Source of the DNA: Anaerorhabdus sp.
GTDB taxonomy: Bacteria; Bacillota_I; Bacilli_A; Erysipelotrichales; Erysipelotrichaceae
Reading direction: 5' to 3'
Assembly: GCF_036641015.1 (NCBI RefSeq)
Contig: NZ_JAVWFO010000001.1
Span: 16,596 to 80,595, forward strand
Length of the DNA: 64,000 bases
Made by a program: the position numbers and the translations under genes. The notes below the pieces were generated by a model. It was not told where the DNA came from. It worked only from the letters and a program-made list of their open reading frames with translations, and did not search any database. Each line of letters starts with the position of its first letter. The first letter of the stretch is position 1. Shown here in pieces: positions 40,894 to 52,461 of this stretch.

Positions 40894-43194
40894 TTATCCT
40901 CTTAGTGTTACTACTGTAGCACCCGTTGATCCTTCACTTGGAGCACCTAATCTGAAACTTATAACATCGCGATCACTTTTAAGATAATCTTGTACTGCTT
41001 TTCTTAATGCTCCAGTACCATCTCCATGGATGATTCGTACCGTAGCCATGTGATTAAATTTAGCATCATCTAAATATTTTTGTAAAACAGGCATTGCTTC
41101 TTCAATTCTCATACCAATAAGATTACACTCCAATTTGAATGATTGTATTTTTTCTGTTTTCATAGAGAAAACTTGTTTTGGTTTAATAATTTGTTTATGG
41201 GTATGTCGTATCTTATCTTTTGTTGATTTTACTGTAATTCCATTTAAATTTAAAGTTATTTGATTTTTATTAATTTGTATAATCTTAGCAATTTGTGATG
41301 ATTGTTTGATTTCAACAGTTTGACCAACTTTATATTCTTTAACGTCAACTGTTTCTTCATCTTCTGTTTCATCTAATACATTTAATTTTTTCTTTATATC
41401 TAATATTTCGTGATACTTACTATTTTCTTGTTTTTCACGCATTTCACTTAAGATATCTTGTGCTTCTTCTTTAATCATTTGTAAATAGTCATCTGCTGCT
41501 TGTTTAGCTTTTTCTAAACTTTTATCTTTCTCTTTTTCAATTCTTTCTTTTTCTATTGTTAATGCTTGAATCATTTCTGATTGAACTTGTTGTTGAACAA
41601 GTAATTTTTCTTTAAGTTGCTCATTTTCAAGCACTTGTTTTTCTAGCTTTTCAATTAATTTATCTTCTTCTGTTTTTTGTTGATTTTTTAGAAACTCTGC
41701 ATCCTTAATAACACTATCCTTAATATTAAAACGACGAGCTATTTCAAAGGCATTACTTTGACCAGTTAACCCTTCAACAAAGTGATAAGTTGGTACTAAC
41801 TTTTCAACATCAAACTGTACTGATGATACCAATATGTCATCATGTCGCTTTCCATACGCTTTTAAGCGACCATAATGAGTAGTAGCAACAACTATGCACC
41901 CTTTAGCTCTTAAGTCGTTTAAAACAGCTATAGCAAGGCTCTCTCCCTCTTTGGGATCAGTTCCCGACCCAAGCTCATCTAACAATACAAAACTATCAGC
42001 AGTTGCATGTTGACTTACATCAGCTAACTTTGATAAATGAGCACTAAATGTACTTAATGATTCAACAACTGACTGATCATCTCCAATATCAACAAAAACA
42101 TGATCAAAGAAAGGAATTGATGCTTCCTCTGCACATACTGGTATTCCACAATATGTAAGTAAAACAGCTAAGCCTAAACATTTTAAACTAACAGTCTTAC
42201 CACCTGTATTGGGGCCTGTAATAAGTAATACTTTTTTTGGTTCTATGATTCGATACGTGTTCTCAACTACTTTTTTACGATCAATTAATGGATGACGAGT
42301 ATTCTTTAAATAAATTGATTTTTCTTGAGTAAGTGATGCAACACATGCATCCTCTTTCTTTCCCCAACAAGCCTTCGCAAATAATGCATCTAAAATAGCA
42401 CAAGTCTCTAAATTATTTAAACAATCTGTTGCGATTACACTAACCTCTTGACTACACTCCATGCAGATACGTTCTATCTCTTCTTGCTCTTGGTATAAAT
42501 AAGATTGCTTACGATTGTTTAACTCAACAAAACTACTAGGTTCAACATAAGCGGTTTGCCCTGATGCGCTCTCGCCATGAATAAAACCACCAAAACTATT
42601 CTTATCTCCCGCTTTAACAAGAACCACAACACGATTATTTCTAGTAGTTACAATATTATCAATCATAGATGATGCATGTTTTTGCATAAAACGATTAGTT
42701 TCTATCGATATTTCACCATCTATTTTCAATAATAATCTTCTTATTTGTCTTAACTCGGGACTCGCACTATCCAATATTTCACCAGAATCATCAAAACAAG
42801 ATTCAAGTTTTTCTTGGACACTTTTAAAGATAACTATTGAAGATACTAAGTCTTCTAATTCTTCGCATTTTTCTTCTACACTCGTTTGATATGCAACTAT
42901 CCCTCTACAAGCTCTTATATGATTTATTACAGATATAAAATCCAAAGGTGAAAGTGTCATACCTTTTTGTGCTTGCAAAAGAATTTTTGTGATGTCTTTT
43001 AAACCTGATAGTGGCATTGAAGAATATTTAACTGTACAATTTAAAGCCTCTTTAATACGAGCATTTTCTCTTCTAATAATCAAAGGACTAAAACTCGGTT
43101 CTAGCGCTTCTATTTTTTCACGCCCAAGACTAAAAGCACAAAAATTTGCTATTTGTGTTTTAATAGTCTCAAGTTCTATTCCTGCATATTTCAT
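40894..43194 (-). CDS. mutS2: Endonuclease MutS2
   Basis: ITGPNTGGKT, SLSTFS, DELGSGTDP, C-terminal Smr IIHGDGTG. Confidence 0.96.
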   Translation of the reverse strand: MKYAGIELETIKTQIANFCAFSLGREKIEALEPSFSPLIIRRENARIKEALNCTVKYSSMPLSGLKDITKILLQAQKGMTLSPLDFISVINHIRACRGIVAYQTSVEEKCEELEDLVSSIVIFKSVQEKLESCFDDSGEILDSASPELRQIRRLLLKIDGEISIETNRFMQKHASSMIDNIVTTRNNRVVVLVKAGDKNSFGGFIHGESASGQTAYVEPSSFVELNNRKQSYLYQEQEEIERICMECSQEVSVIATDCLNNLETCAILDALFAKACWGKKEDACVASLTQEKSIYLKNTRHPLIDRKKVVENTYRIIEPKKVLLITGPNTGGKTVSLKCLGLAVLLTYCGIPVCAEEASIPFFDHVFVDIGDDQSVVESLSTFSAHLSKLADVSQHATADSFVLLDELGSGTDPKEGESLAIAVLNDLRAKGCIVVATTHYGRLKAYGKRHDDILVSSVQFDVEKLVPTYHFVEGLTGQSNAFEIARRFNIKDSVIKDAEFLKNQQKTEEDKLIEKLEKQVLENEQLKEKLLVQQQVQSEMIQALTIEKERIEKEKDKSLEKAKQAADDYLQMIKEEAQDILSEMREKQENSKYHEILDIKKKLNVLDETEDEETVDVKEYKVGQTVEIKQSSQIAKIIQINKNQITLNLNGITVKSTKDKIRHTHKQIIKPKQVFSMKTEKIQSFKLECNLIGMRIEEAMPVLQKYLDDAKFNHMATVRIIHGDGTGALRKAVQDYLKSDRDVISFRLGAPSEGSTGATVVTLRG

Positions 43195-43847
43195 TACTTA
43201 CCTACCTCATCTAAATGATTCTCCTCAAACCATTGTTTCAATTCTAAACGATCATTATCAGAAAAATCATTCATATCATCAAATAATTTATTTAATGATG
43301 AATTCTTTGAAAGTGGCTCTTCAATTTCTTCTACAAATGTACTAGCATAAGTCAATATTGGCTGTAACCAAGATTTTTCTACATATTGCCCTCCTTTTGG
43401 AAAAATTGGCAATGTTAAAACAAAAGCTATTAATATCATCCATACTGTAGAATAAACAAAACTAAATAAAGAACCTGCTATTCCATTTAGTTGCTTAAGT
43501 ATAGGAATATTTTGTAACACTTTTACTAATGGTCTTATTAAGAGTAACAATATTTTCAATACTATGAAAATTACTACAAACCACACAAATTGATTGATGT
43601 AATTGTAAATTGCATCCTGAAAAATTGTAGCTTGTAGCGGCATCAAGTCTTTTGGCCATATTGCAAAATATGTTGCAAGTACAGGTGAAAATAGCCACGA
43701 CACATAAATAATTACTAATAAACCTACTAAATCTAATAATTGTAATAAAAATCCTCTTTTATATCCTAAGATAAAATTGATACCATAAAATAAACAAATA
43801 CCAATATTAATTACTAAAAATGTTACTTCCATTGTGGTACCTCTCAA
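43194..43847 (-). CDS. CvpA family membrane protein
   Basis: GYKRGF motif, 4 TMs, directly upstream of mutS2. Confidence 0.8.
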   Translation of the reverse strand: MRGTTMEVTFLVINIGICLFYGINFILGYKRGFLLQLLDLVGLLVIIYVSWLFSPVLATYFAIWPKDLMPLQATIFQDAIYNYINQFVWFVVIFIVLKILLLLIRPLVKVLQNIPILKQLNGIAGSLFSFVYSTVWMILIAFVLTLPIFPKGGQYVEKSWLQPILTYASTFVEEIEEPLSKNSSLNKLFDDMNDFSDNDRLELKQWFEENHLDEVGK

Positions 43848-43918
43848 TCCATATAATAATAACTAATTATCATCGAATGTGCAAATACTATGGTATGATA
43901 TACGCGAGGTAAAAAGAT

Positions 43919-44770
43919 ATGTCAACAATTACTCTTGTATTAACCGATACGCAAATAAATAAACTAAAAACAACATTTAGTGAATCCATAGTTTCAAAGA
44001 CTCCTCCATATGCTCTTTATCAATTAAAAGTAGAAGGATGTGTCATTACTGCATATGAATCTAAAAAAGTTGTATTTCAAGGAAGTGATGCAGAAGTCTA
44101 CGCAAGTCCCTTTCAAATTAAAAATACATTTAAAACACAGGCTGGAAGTGATGAAGTTGGTACAGGTGATTACTTTGGACCAATATGTGTTTGTGCTTGC
44201 ATTGTAACTAACAAAAATAAAGATGCTTTAGCTAAATACGCTATCCAAGATTCAAAAGCATTAAAAGATGATTACATCCAACAAATCGCTCCCCAAATTA
44301 TGAAGACAGTTGAATATAGTTTGTTAATACTTGATAATGCAAAATACAATCAAGTTCAAGCAACTAACAACATGAATCAAATTAAAGCAAAATTACATAA
44401 TCAAGCTTACGTAAACCTAGCAAAGAAAACAACATTGCCCAACTTTATAATCATCGATCAATTTACACCAGAAAAACTTTATTACAATTACATTAAAAAT
44501 GAACCAAATATTATTAGAAATATCCATTTTGAAACTAAAGCTGAAAATAAATATCTTGCCGTAGCTTGTGCATCAGTAATCGCAAGACACGCTTTCCTTG
44601 AATGTTTAAAAAATTATGAAACACATTATGATATGACATTTCAAAAAGGTGCAAGCGACAAAGTAGATCAAAATGCTGCTGAATTCGTTAAACGATATGG
44701 AATAGAAGAACTAAAGAATGTCGCTAAACTACATTTCAAGAATACTGAAAAATTAAAGGAATACCTATAG
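43919..44770 (+). CDS. rnhC: Ribonuclease HIII
   Basis: AYESKKVVFQG, GSDEVGTGDYFGP, DSK, DQF, KLHF. Confidence 0.95.
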   Translation: MSTITLVLTDTQINKLKTTFSESIVSKTPPYALYQLKVEGCVITAYESKKVVFQGSDAEVYASPFQIKNTFKTQAGSDEVGTGDYFGPICVCACIVTNKNKDALAKYAIQDSKALKDDYIQQIAPQIMKTVEYSLLILDNAKYNQVQATNNMNQIKAKLHNQAYVNLAKKTTLPNFIIIDQFTPEKLYYNYIKNEPNIIRNIHFETKAENKYLAVACASVIARHAFLECLKNYETHYDMTFQKGASDKVDQNAAEFVKRYGIEELKNVAKLHFKNTEKLKEYL

Positions 44771-44777
44771 GTATTCC

Positions 44778-45254
44778 TCATTTAATTTTAATATTTATGC
44801 TAATTTGTTCTTGTAATTGAACAAGTTCTACACCAGCTGCACACAACATTTTTTTACTAGCTTTTACAGCATCTGTGTCCGCGTATTTATCACACTCGTA
44901 CACAATTTTTTTAATACCTGATTGAATTATAGCTTTTGCACATTCATTACATGGAAATAAGGAAACATAAATCGCACAGTTATTAACTGGACGGGGACTA
45001 TTTAAAATTGCATTTAACTCAGCATGAACAACAAAGGCATATTTACTTTCAAGCATTCCACCTTCTCTTCCCCATGGAAATTCATCATCGTTACAACCTC
45101 GAGGTAAGCCATTATAACCAATACTAACAACACGATGAGTATCATCAACAATAACAGCACCTACTTGCGTAGAAGGATCTTTAGATCGTAGTGCCGATAA
45201 ATGTGCCATACCCATAAAATACTGGTCCCAATTTAATACGTTTTCTCTTTTCAT
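44778..45254 (-). CDS. dCMP deaminase family protein
   Basis: RSKDPSTQVGA, HAELNA, PCNEC. Confidence 0.93.
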   Translation of the reverse strand: MKRENVLNWDQYFMGMAHLSALRSKDPSTQVGAVIVDDTHRVVSIGYNGLPRGCNDDEFPWGREGGMLESKYAFVVHAELNAILNSPRPVNNCAIYVSLFPCNECAKAIIQSGIKKIVYECDKYADTDAVKASKKMLCAAGVELVQLQEQISINIKIK

Positions 45255-45259
45255 TATGT

Positions 45260-46516
45260 TTATTTCCCTTCTAAATTAAGTCCATAAAATTCACTTAATT
45301 TATTTTTCATACTATTACTATATCCATTTAACCCAACTGAATCAAGATAATCTAATACCGCAATATCCGTTCCCAAATACATCGGTTTAACATTATAATT
45401 TTGAACACAACGGAATCCTAAAATACCTATTAATAATACAAAAGCTATTAAGGCATTTTGTCTAAGTAATTTCCATGATTTTTGTTTTGTTAACAATAAC
45501 GAGATAAACAATCCACCTACGAATCCACCAATATGTCCATACATTGAAACTCCCGGCATAAATGTTATTAACAAGTTAATTAATAAAGTAGAAAGGAAAC
45601 TACGTGCCACTGCCGGATTATAAATTACTTTAGATTCAAACCCATAAACTAGCAACGCTGCCATAAATCCATATAACCCACCACTTAATCCAACTGTAAC
45701 AACATTATCTTGAGCAGCGAAAATAAATAAACTACCAAAAATTATTGACCCCAATAAAATGACAACATATTCCCATTTCTTATATAGTTTTTCAATAATA
45801 CCACCTAATGAAATCAATGCAGCAGTATTCATCAATACGTGAAAGAAATCATAATGAACAAATCCAACAGTTAAGAAACGAAAGAATTCTCCTCCAGCTA
45901 CAATAAACGCCTTATAATAACCACCCATTACAATACTCGCAGTAACTGCCGACCCATCACCACCAATAGAATTACTAATGAGGTTTGTTATTACAAAAAT
46001 AATGAAACATATAATTGCAATGCCATACGTAATTAATGGTAATTGTTTAAGATTATTTTTTTTGATATTTCTTGGATCAAAATTATTAAATGCTTGTATT
46101 GTTTTTTCTTTTGTTTCATTTTCATTATCATTAATCTTTAAAATCATTGATTTAAAATCTGGAAATGTATTGGTAATATCAATTCCAGAGACATTTTCAT
46201 TTGAAATTGCAACCTGAACAAAGTTTTCATCTTCACTCTCTTCAACTAGTTCATCACTAATATGAATATCAAGTAACTTAACGTTTCTATGAAAAAAATC
46301 ACATATCGCTTTACTGGTTTCTAATAAACGAGATTTTTCAAACATTACAGATGATGCAGTTGATAAAGAAATACGAATTACAGGGTATTCTTCATTAATG
46401 CTACTACCTAGCCATATCTCATGAGTATTGTGCTTAATCTCTACAAATTTATATTCATATTTCGTTACGAAATATTGAGCTAATTTCATAATGAGTAAAT
46501 CTCTCTCAACTGCCAT
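45260..46516 (-). CDS. Rhomboid intramembrane serine protease with soluble N-domain
   Basis: H..FFHVLMN, GLSG, HIGGFVGG. Confidence 0.9.
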   Translation of the reverse strand: MAVERDLLIMKLAQYFVTKYEYKFVEIKHNTHEIWLGSSINEEYPVIRISLSTASSVMFEKSRLLETSKAICDFFHRNVKLLDIHISDELVEESEDENFVQVAISNENVSGIDITNTFPDFKSMILKINDNENETKEKTIQAFNNFDPRNIKKNNLKQLPLITYGIAIICFIIFVITNLISNSIGGDGSAVTASIVMGGYYKAFIVAGGEFFRFLTVGFVHYDFFHVLMNTAALISLGGIIEKLYKKWEYVVILLGSIIFGSLFIFAAQDNVVTVGLSGGLYGFMAALLVYGFESKVIYNPAVARSFLSTLLINLLITFMPGVSMYGHIGGFVGGLFISLLLTKQKSWKLLRQNALIAFVLLIGILGFRCVQNYNVKPMYLGTDIAVLDYLDSVGLNGYSNSMKNKLSEFYGLNLEGK

Positions 46517-46517
46517 A

Positions 46518-47432
46518 CTAATAACCTCTCATTTCTTCAATTAGAGCTTTAAAGTAATCTGGTAAAGGTGCTTCAAATGTCATTGTTTCATGTGTTCTTG
46601 GATGCACAAGTGTAAGGGATTGAGCATGTAAAGCTTGCCCTTGTGTATCTTGTCTTGTATTTCTTAGTGAATATTTTGGATCTCCTACAATTGGAAAACC
46701 AATATATTGCATATGAACACGAATTTGATGTGTTCTACCCGTTTCTAATTTAAAGCTAACTAATGTAAAACCTTTAAATCTCTCTTCTACTCTAAAATGT
46801 GTAACAGCATCTCTGGCATTTTTATCAGTAACTGTCATTTTTTGTCTATCTCTTGAATCACGTCCTATTGGTGCATCAATAGTTCCATATTCATGAGGTA
46901 ATTCACCATGAACAATTGCAATATAATCTCTAGTACATGTTTTATTAGATAACTGTTTTGAAATAGCTTCATGAGCCATATCATTCTTACATGCCACTAT
47001 ACATCCAGTTGTATCCTTATCAATACGATGGACAATTCCTGGTCTTAGAACTCCATTAATACCTGATAAATCTTTACAATGATATAATAATCCGTTTACC
47101 AATGTATGATCTGGATTTCCAGCACCTGGATGAACAACCATACCTTTCGGTTTATTTATTACAATAATGTCTTCATCCTCATAAATAATATCTAAGTTTA
47201 AATCTTGTGGAAATGCTTCTAATTCTTTCACTTCAGGAATTTCGATTTCAACTTCATCACCACATCTAACTTTATAGTTATTCTTTTTTATTTCATCATT
47301 TACGTGTATTAAACCTTGATCAAGTAGTTGTTGAATACGAGCACGAGAAAAGTCCTCACTTCTTGCACATAATACTTTATCAAGTCGATTACCTACTTCA
47401 TTTTCTTCAATAATATAATTAATTTTTTCCAT
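46518..47432 (-). CDS. RluA/RluD family pseudouridine synthase
   Basis: S4 domain, NKPKGMVVHP, HRIDKDTTG, GRTHQIRVH. Confidence 0.95.
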   Translation of the reverse strand: MEKINYIIEENEVGNRLDKVLCARSEDFSRARIQQLLDQGLIHVNDEIKKNNYKVRCGDEVEIEIPEVKELEAFPQDLNLDIIYEDEDIIVINKPKGMVVHPGAGNPDHTLVNGLLYHCKDLSGINGVLRPGIVHRIDKDTTGCIVACKNDMAHEAISKQLSNKTCTRDYIAIVHGELPHEYGTIDAPIGRDSRDRQKMTVTDKNARDAVTHFRVEERFKGFTLVSFKLETGRTHQIRVHMQYIGFPIVGDPKYSLRNTRQDTQGQALHAQSLTLVHPRTHETMTFEAPLPDYFKALIEEMRGY

Positions 47433-47889
47433 CCGGTTCCTCCTTTTTGAATAATGTTATTATGATTAGCACAAAAATACCTATACACAGTGCTGAATCC
47501 GCAACGTTAAATATTGGAAAGTCATATCCAAAAATAATAAAATCTAAGAAGTCACGGACATAACCAAATACAAAGCGGTCAAATAAATTACCTGCAGCTC
47601 CTGCGATCATTAATGTAATACAAATTCTTTCCCATTTATTTTCTTCTGGAGTTTTAGTATACATGTACACGAATAACCCAACACCAAGCAGCGAGATAAG
47701 CGTTAAAATTCCAACACGCCCACTAAACAAACTCCAAGCTGCACCTGTATTTTTTGCATAAGTAATATAGAAGAAATTCTCAATAATTGGAATTTGTTGA
47801 TGCAACGCAAGGTTTGATTGCACTAATACCTTACTTCCTAAATCAAGAATCAATACGCCTATTAAAATAAATATATCTCTACGTTTCAT
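47419..47889 (-). CDS. lspA: Signal peptidase II
   Basis: NTGAAWS, GNLFDR, VRDF, FNVADS. Confidence 0.96.
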   Translation of the reverse strand: MKRRDIFILIGVLILDLGSKVLVQSNLALHQQIPIIENFFYITYAKNTGAAWSLFSGRVGILTLISLLGVGLFVYMYTKTPEENKWERICITLMIAGAAGNLFDRFVFGYVRDFLDFIIFGYDFPIFNVADSALCIGIFVLIIITLFKKEEPDGKN

Positions 47890-47964
47890 AATTTCACCTT
47901 TTCATTGGAATATTATACCAAAAAGACTAGTTCAACACTAGTCTTTAACAAATCTATTTCTTTT

Positions 47965-48471
47965 TTAGAAATCTTGAGAAGTTTTAATGAATTCTTCTAA
48001 CTCATAAGGTTCATATCTTTTTTGCATCTTAGTAAGGGCTATATTAAATGCTTTTTCATCATAATCATTCATTCTTTGTTCACGTAATGCATGTTTAATT
48101 GCAGAGCTAACTTCAAATGACATTGACCCTTCTTTTCTCGCACAAATCTTATTTGAACCATCAATCAATAAAAATAAGGCATTGTAATTTTGATTATCCT
48201 TAAGTGTATTTAGGAATTCCTTAGTTGCATCTAAGATACAAAATGGTATATCTGAGGTTTCAATCATATCATTAACCTCTAATAAGAAGCCATCAATTAC
48301 TCCTTTTTGAAAATAACTTAAATGTATTTTATTCCTTCTAAAAAGTTGTATTTCTTCATCAACCCAAACTTTATCTTTTATAAAGAAGATCCAAGTTTGT
48401 TCAAGGAAATCTAGCCATATCCCATCTTCAATTGTTGTATCAACAACACTCTCTGTTCTATAAGAAATCAT
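47965..48471 (-). CDS. Hypothetical protein
   Basis: Intact 168-aa ORF directly after the ABC pair. Confidence 0.65.
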   Translation of the reverse strand: MISYRTESVVDTTIEDGIWLDFLEQTWIFFIKDKVWVDEEIQLFRRNKIHLSYFQKGVIDGFLLEVNDMIETSDIPFCILDATKEFLNTLKDNQNYNALFLLIDGSNKICARKEGSMSFEVSSAIKHALREQRMNDYDEKAFNIALTKMQKRYEPYELEEFIKTSQDF

Positions 48472-48475
48472 TAAT

Positions 48476-50320
48476 CTATCCTTTATGCAGTAATTGATTT
48501 TCTAGATCCTCTGTAAACTGATTGGTATATAAACGATAATAATATCCTTTTTTATCCATCAGTTCAGTATGAGTACCAGATTCAACTACAACGCCCTTCT
48601 TTATAACTAAGATTATATCGGCATTTACGATTGTTGACAATCTATGAGCGATAATAAAACTTGTATGATGAGTTAAAACATGATCAATTGTGTGCTGAAT
48701 GATTTGTTCTGTTTCAGTATCAATCGAAGATGTAGCTTCATCTAATACGAAAATACGAGGATTAACAAGTACTGCTCTAGCAAATGATATCAATTGTTTT
48801 TGACCAGTAGACAGTTTACCTCCACCTTCTCCAACCTCAGTATCATAGCCATTTTCAAGTTTTGATATAAAATCATGAGCATTAACTAATTTACATGCTT
48901 CAATAATTTCTTCATCTGTCGCATCAAGACGACCAAAACGAATATTTTCCTTAATTGTACCAGAAAATAAATGTGGTGATTGTAAAACATAACCTAAACG
49001 TGATCTTAACCACCCTAAAGATCTTTCACGATACTCTACCCCATCAATTAAGATTTCACCTTCAACTGGTTGATAGAAACGACATAATAAATTCACAATT
49101 GTACTCTTACCAGATCCTGTCTCACCAACAAGCGCAACAGTTTGACCTTCTTTAACTTTTAAGTTAAAGTTCTTCAATACTGGCTCTCCTGGTAAATAAT
49201 GAAATGAAACATTTCTAAATTCTACATTTCCTTTGATTGGTTCATAGTTTTCTGTCTTTGGATCAAACAATGTACCATATTTTTCAATAACTTCTGGTGT
49301 ATCAACAATCTCTGGTTTACTATCTAATAACCCTAATACTCGTTCAGCGCTGGCTTGTGCCATTTGTAGTTCAGCAATTAATCTTGCAATTTGACGTAAA
49401 GGTTCAAAAAATTGCGTTGCATATTGAGTAAACATCATTAGTGTTCCAAATTGTAGCGTACCTAATAGCACTTCATAACCACCATACCAAAGAATAGCAG
49501 CAGTGCTAATTGATCCAAGCCCCATTACTAAAGGCATAAATAAGGAAGACAAGGTAGCAGCTTTGATACTAGATTTACGCATTAAAGCAGTATCTTCTCT
49601 AAACTCATGAAAGTTTTTTTCTTCAAGAACAAGCGTTTTTGTAGTTTTAGCGCCTGTAATACCTTCATTAAACCCACTTGTAATACGAGAGTTTATTTTT
49701 CTTACAGATCGATAATTTTTTAGAATTCGAATTTGAAACCAAACGCTTATATAAGCTAAAATAGGAACTACTATTAATACCATTAAAGCAAGTTTCCAGT
49801 TAACAATTAACATAACTATAGTTACACCAATCATTACACTAAAACCCCATACTAAATCCATTAAACTCCACGATAGTATTTCAGCTAAACGTCCAATATC
49901 ACTTGTCATACGTGCCATTAACCAGCCAATTGGCGTTTTGTCAAAATACGAGAATGAAAGTGATTGAAGTTTATGGAATGCTTTTTCTCTCACTTCAAAA
50001 GCGAAATTCATTTCGATTTTTCCTGCTTGCAAAAAGAATAAATAAACAATACTAGCCTGTGCAATGATACCAATAATAAATATTACAGCAAATAACGTTA
50101 ATTGCGAATCAATAACACCTTTACCAACAAAGTAGTCAATTGCAATCTTATTCATGAATGGAAATGCTACATCCAATACTGCAATAAACAAATTAAGTAA
50201 GAATAAAATATACAAGTTTTTCTTTTGAGAATGCATCAGTCCTAGAATTTTGCGCCAAAGACCAATTTCTAGAGAATCGGTATTATATTCTTGTTCTTGG
50301 AAACGATTAGTCATTGTCAT
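48476..50320 (-). CDS. ABC exporter, fused permease-ATPase (heterodimer subunit B)
   Basis: GETGSGKST, LSTGQ, LDEATS; start after GAGGAGG SD at ~50320. Confidence 0.92.
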   Translation of the reverse strand: MTMTNRFQEQEYNTDSLEIGLWRKILGLMHSQKKNLYILFLLNLFIAVLDVAFPFMNKIAIDYFVGKGVIDSQLTLFAVIFIIGIIAQASIVYLFFLQAGKIEMNFAFEVREKAFHKLQSLSFSYFDKTPIGWLMARMTSDIGRLAEILSWSLMDLVWGFSVMIGVTIVMLIVNWKLALMVLIVVPILAYISVWFQIRILKNYRSVRKINSRITSGFNEGITGAKTTKTLVLEEKNFHEFREDTALMRKSSIKAATLSSLFMPLVMGLGSISTAAILWYGGYEVLLGTLQFGTLMMFTQYATQFFEPLRQIARLIAELQMAQASAERVLGLLDSKPEIVDTPEVIEKYGTLFDPKTENYEPIKGNVEFRNVSFHYLPGEPVLKNFNLKVKEGQTVALVGETGSGKSTIVNLLCRFYQPVEGEILIDGVEYRERSLGWLRSRLGYVLQSPHLFSGTIKENIRFGRLDATDEEIIEACKLVNAHDFISKLENGYDTEVGEGGGKLSTGQKQLISFARAVLVNPRIFVLDEATSSIDTETEQIIQHTIDHVLTHHTSFIIAHRLSTIVNADIILVIKKGVVVESGTHTELMDKKGYYYRLYTNQFTEDLENQLLHKG

Positions 50321-52103
50321 CACCTCCTCGAATAAATGAACTTTGTATTTCAAAAATTCGTTTGTATAATCCATCTTGATTTATCAATGATTCATGATTA
50401 CCAATTTGTGTAATTCTACCGTCTTCAATTACGATAATTTTATCTGCATCCTGTGCAGAAGAAACACGTTGTGTAATAATGATTTTTGTTGTTTCTTTAT
50501 TTAATTCATTTAATGCTCCTCTAATATGGGCATCAGTTTCAGTATCTACAGCACTTAAACTATCATCAAAAATAAGAATCGGTGTTTCATTGATAATTGT
50601 TCTTGCAATAGCAATACGTTGCTTTTGTCCCCCAGATAGAGTTACACCTTTCTCACCTACCAAAGTATCATATCCTTGTTCAAATTCTTGAATAACCTCA
50701 TGAACAGAAGCCACACGTGCAGCTCTTTCTACCTTAGCATCATCATTAAAGCGATTAGCCAAACGTATATTATCGTGAATTGATTTAGAGAATAAAAATG
50801 GTTCTTGTAATACAATTCCTATATTTTTACGAATATGTTCTCTTTGAATAGTATTTAATTCATTGCCATCTATTTTTAATGATCCACCAGTGTAATCATA
50901 TAAACGCGATAGTAAGTGAACTAAAGTAGATTTACCAGCACCTGTCGGACCTATAATTGCGACAGTTTCACCTGGATTAATTGTAAAAGTAATATCCTTT
51001 AAAATTGGTTCATTAGCATCATGGTATTGAAAGTCAACATGATTAAATTCAATCATTCCTTTAACATTTGGTGTTTCACCATTAGTAGCATCTTCTATAG
51101 GACTATTAAATATTTCATTTAAACGTTTTGCTGAAACAGTTGCTTTACCAATATCAGCTAATATTCTTCCCAAGTTTCTAATCGGCCATAAAATCATAGT
51201 TTCATACGAAATGAACACAAAGAAATTCCCAACTGTTATGTTCCCCGCGATTGCTTGATATATTCCTACAACGAGAATTAATAATATTTGTGATAAACAA
51301 ATTAAATCACTCGTACTCCAATACAGTCCCAGTAATCTAATTAATTTAAAAGTTAAATCTTTAAATACTTCATTTTTCTTTTCAAATCGATCAATTTCAT
51401 ATCTTTCTCTATTAAAAGCCTTAATAACACGAATTCCAGATAAGCTTTCTTGAATAGTTGTAGTCATTACACCTTCAGCTTCATCTGAATCTAAAAATGT
51501 TTTCTGAGTATTTTTGAAAAAGATATAAGCGTAAAATATCAATAATGGCATACTGATAATCGATAAAACAGCCATTGGTGGATAAATTGAAAATAAAACG
51601 ACAATAGCAATAAATGCTGTTGCAACAGAATATATCATTTCCGACAATTGTCCTGCAAACACTTTACGAACTTGTTCTACATCACTTGTACAACGTTGAA
51701 CTAAGTCACCTGTTTTTGCACCTACATGATACGAATATGGTAAATGTTGTAAATGATCATATAAATCATTACGTATATGATAACTCATGTTTTCCGAAAT
51801 AATTCCGTTCATTCTTCCTCGAATAAATACTGATATGCATAAGAATACACTTACTAATAAAACCAGTACCGCTCCTATCCATAGGTTATCGCGCACATAG
51901 TCACGCCCTCCTAGAAAATTTAATAAGGAACTAAACAAAGTATTTGTTATTGGTTGATTATCTATGATATTGTCTATAAAAAAACTAAATATTAGTGGTG
52001 AAACTAGGTTTAGTAATGCATAGAGTAATGTAACTATAAGCATAAGTAGCAATTTACCTTGATTATTTTTACAATACTTCTTTACAAAAGTCCATGTATT
52101 CAT
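50307..52103 (-). CDS. ABC exporter, fused permease-ATPase (subunit A, degenerate Walker B)
   Basis: GPTGAGKST, LSGGQ, FDDSLSAVD. Confidence 0.92.
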   Translation of the reverse strand: MNTWTFVKKYCKNNQGKLLLMLIVTLLYALLNLVSPLIFSFFIDNIIDNQPITNTLFSSLLNFLGGRDYVRDNLWIGAVLVLLVSVFLCISVFIRGRMNGIISENMSYHIRNDLYDHLQHLPYSYHVGAKTGDLVQRCTSDVEQVRKVFAGQLSEMIYSVATAFIAIVVLFSIYPPMAVLSIISMPLLIFYAYIFFKNTQKTFLDSDEAEGVMTTTIQESLSGIRVIKAFNRERYEIDRFEKKNEVFKDLTFKLIRLLGLYWSTSDLICLSQILLILVVGIYQAIAGNITVGNFFVFISYETMILWPIRNLGRILADIGKATVSAKRLNEIFNSPIEDATNGETPNVKGMIEFNHVDFQYHDANEPILKDITFTINPGETVAIIGPTGAGKSTLVHLLSRLYDYTGGSLKIDGNELNTIQREHIRKNIGIVLQEPFLFSKSIHDNIRLANRFNDDAKVERAARVASVHEVIQEFEQGYDTLVGEKGVTLSGGQKQRIAIARTIINETPILIFDDSLSAVDTETDAHIRGALNELNKETTKIIITQRVSSAQDADKIIVIEDGRITQIGNHESLINQDGLYKRIFEIQSSFIRGGDDND

Positions 52104-52160
52104 GTACTGCTTCCCCCTTTAAAATACAAAAATAAAAAACACTTACGTGCTTTTTATAAT

Positions 52161-52415
52161 TTAACGAAATTGCTCCGCTAAGCATTTGGCGATTTGATCT
52201 GGACAAGAAGTATTCTTGTTACCACAAGTAATCCCGTTAAAAGCACTTATCACTTCTTCTACGGTCTTGCCCTTGATAATACTACAAATTCCTTTTAGGT
52301 TGCCATCACATCCACCAGTTATTTGTACATCTTTAATTATATTATCTTCACACTCAAATTCAAAGAGTCTTGAGCAAGTCCCATTTGGTTTATAACTAAA
52401 TTTATTGACTGACAT
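52161..52415 (-). CDS. TSCPD domain protein (TIGR03905-like)
   Basis: GTCS, GGCDGN, CG..TSCPDQ. Confidence 0.9.
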   Translation of the reverse strand: MSVNKFSYKPNGTCSRLFEFECEDNIIKDVQITGGCDGNLKGICSIIKGKTVEEVISAFNGITCGNKNTSCPDQIAKCLAEQFR

Positions 52416-52461
52416 GATGTCACCTCCTTTACGCTGGAAATATCATAACATATTTTTTATA

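Noticed and set aside
48476-52103. Degenerate Walker B / signature motifs in the ABC pair as a sign of decay
   Set aside because: Asymmetric nucleotide sites are normal for heterodimeric exporters
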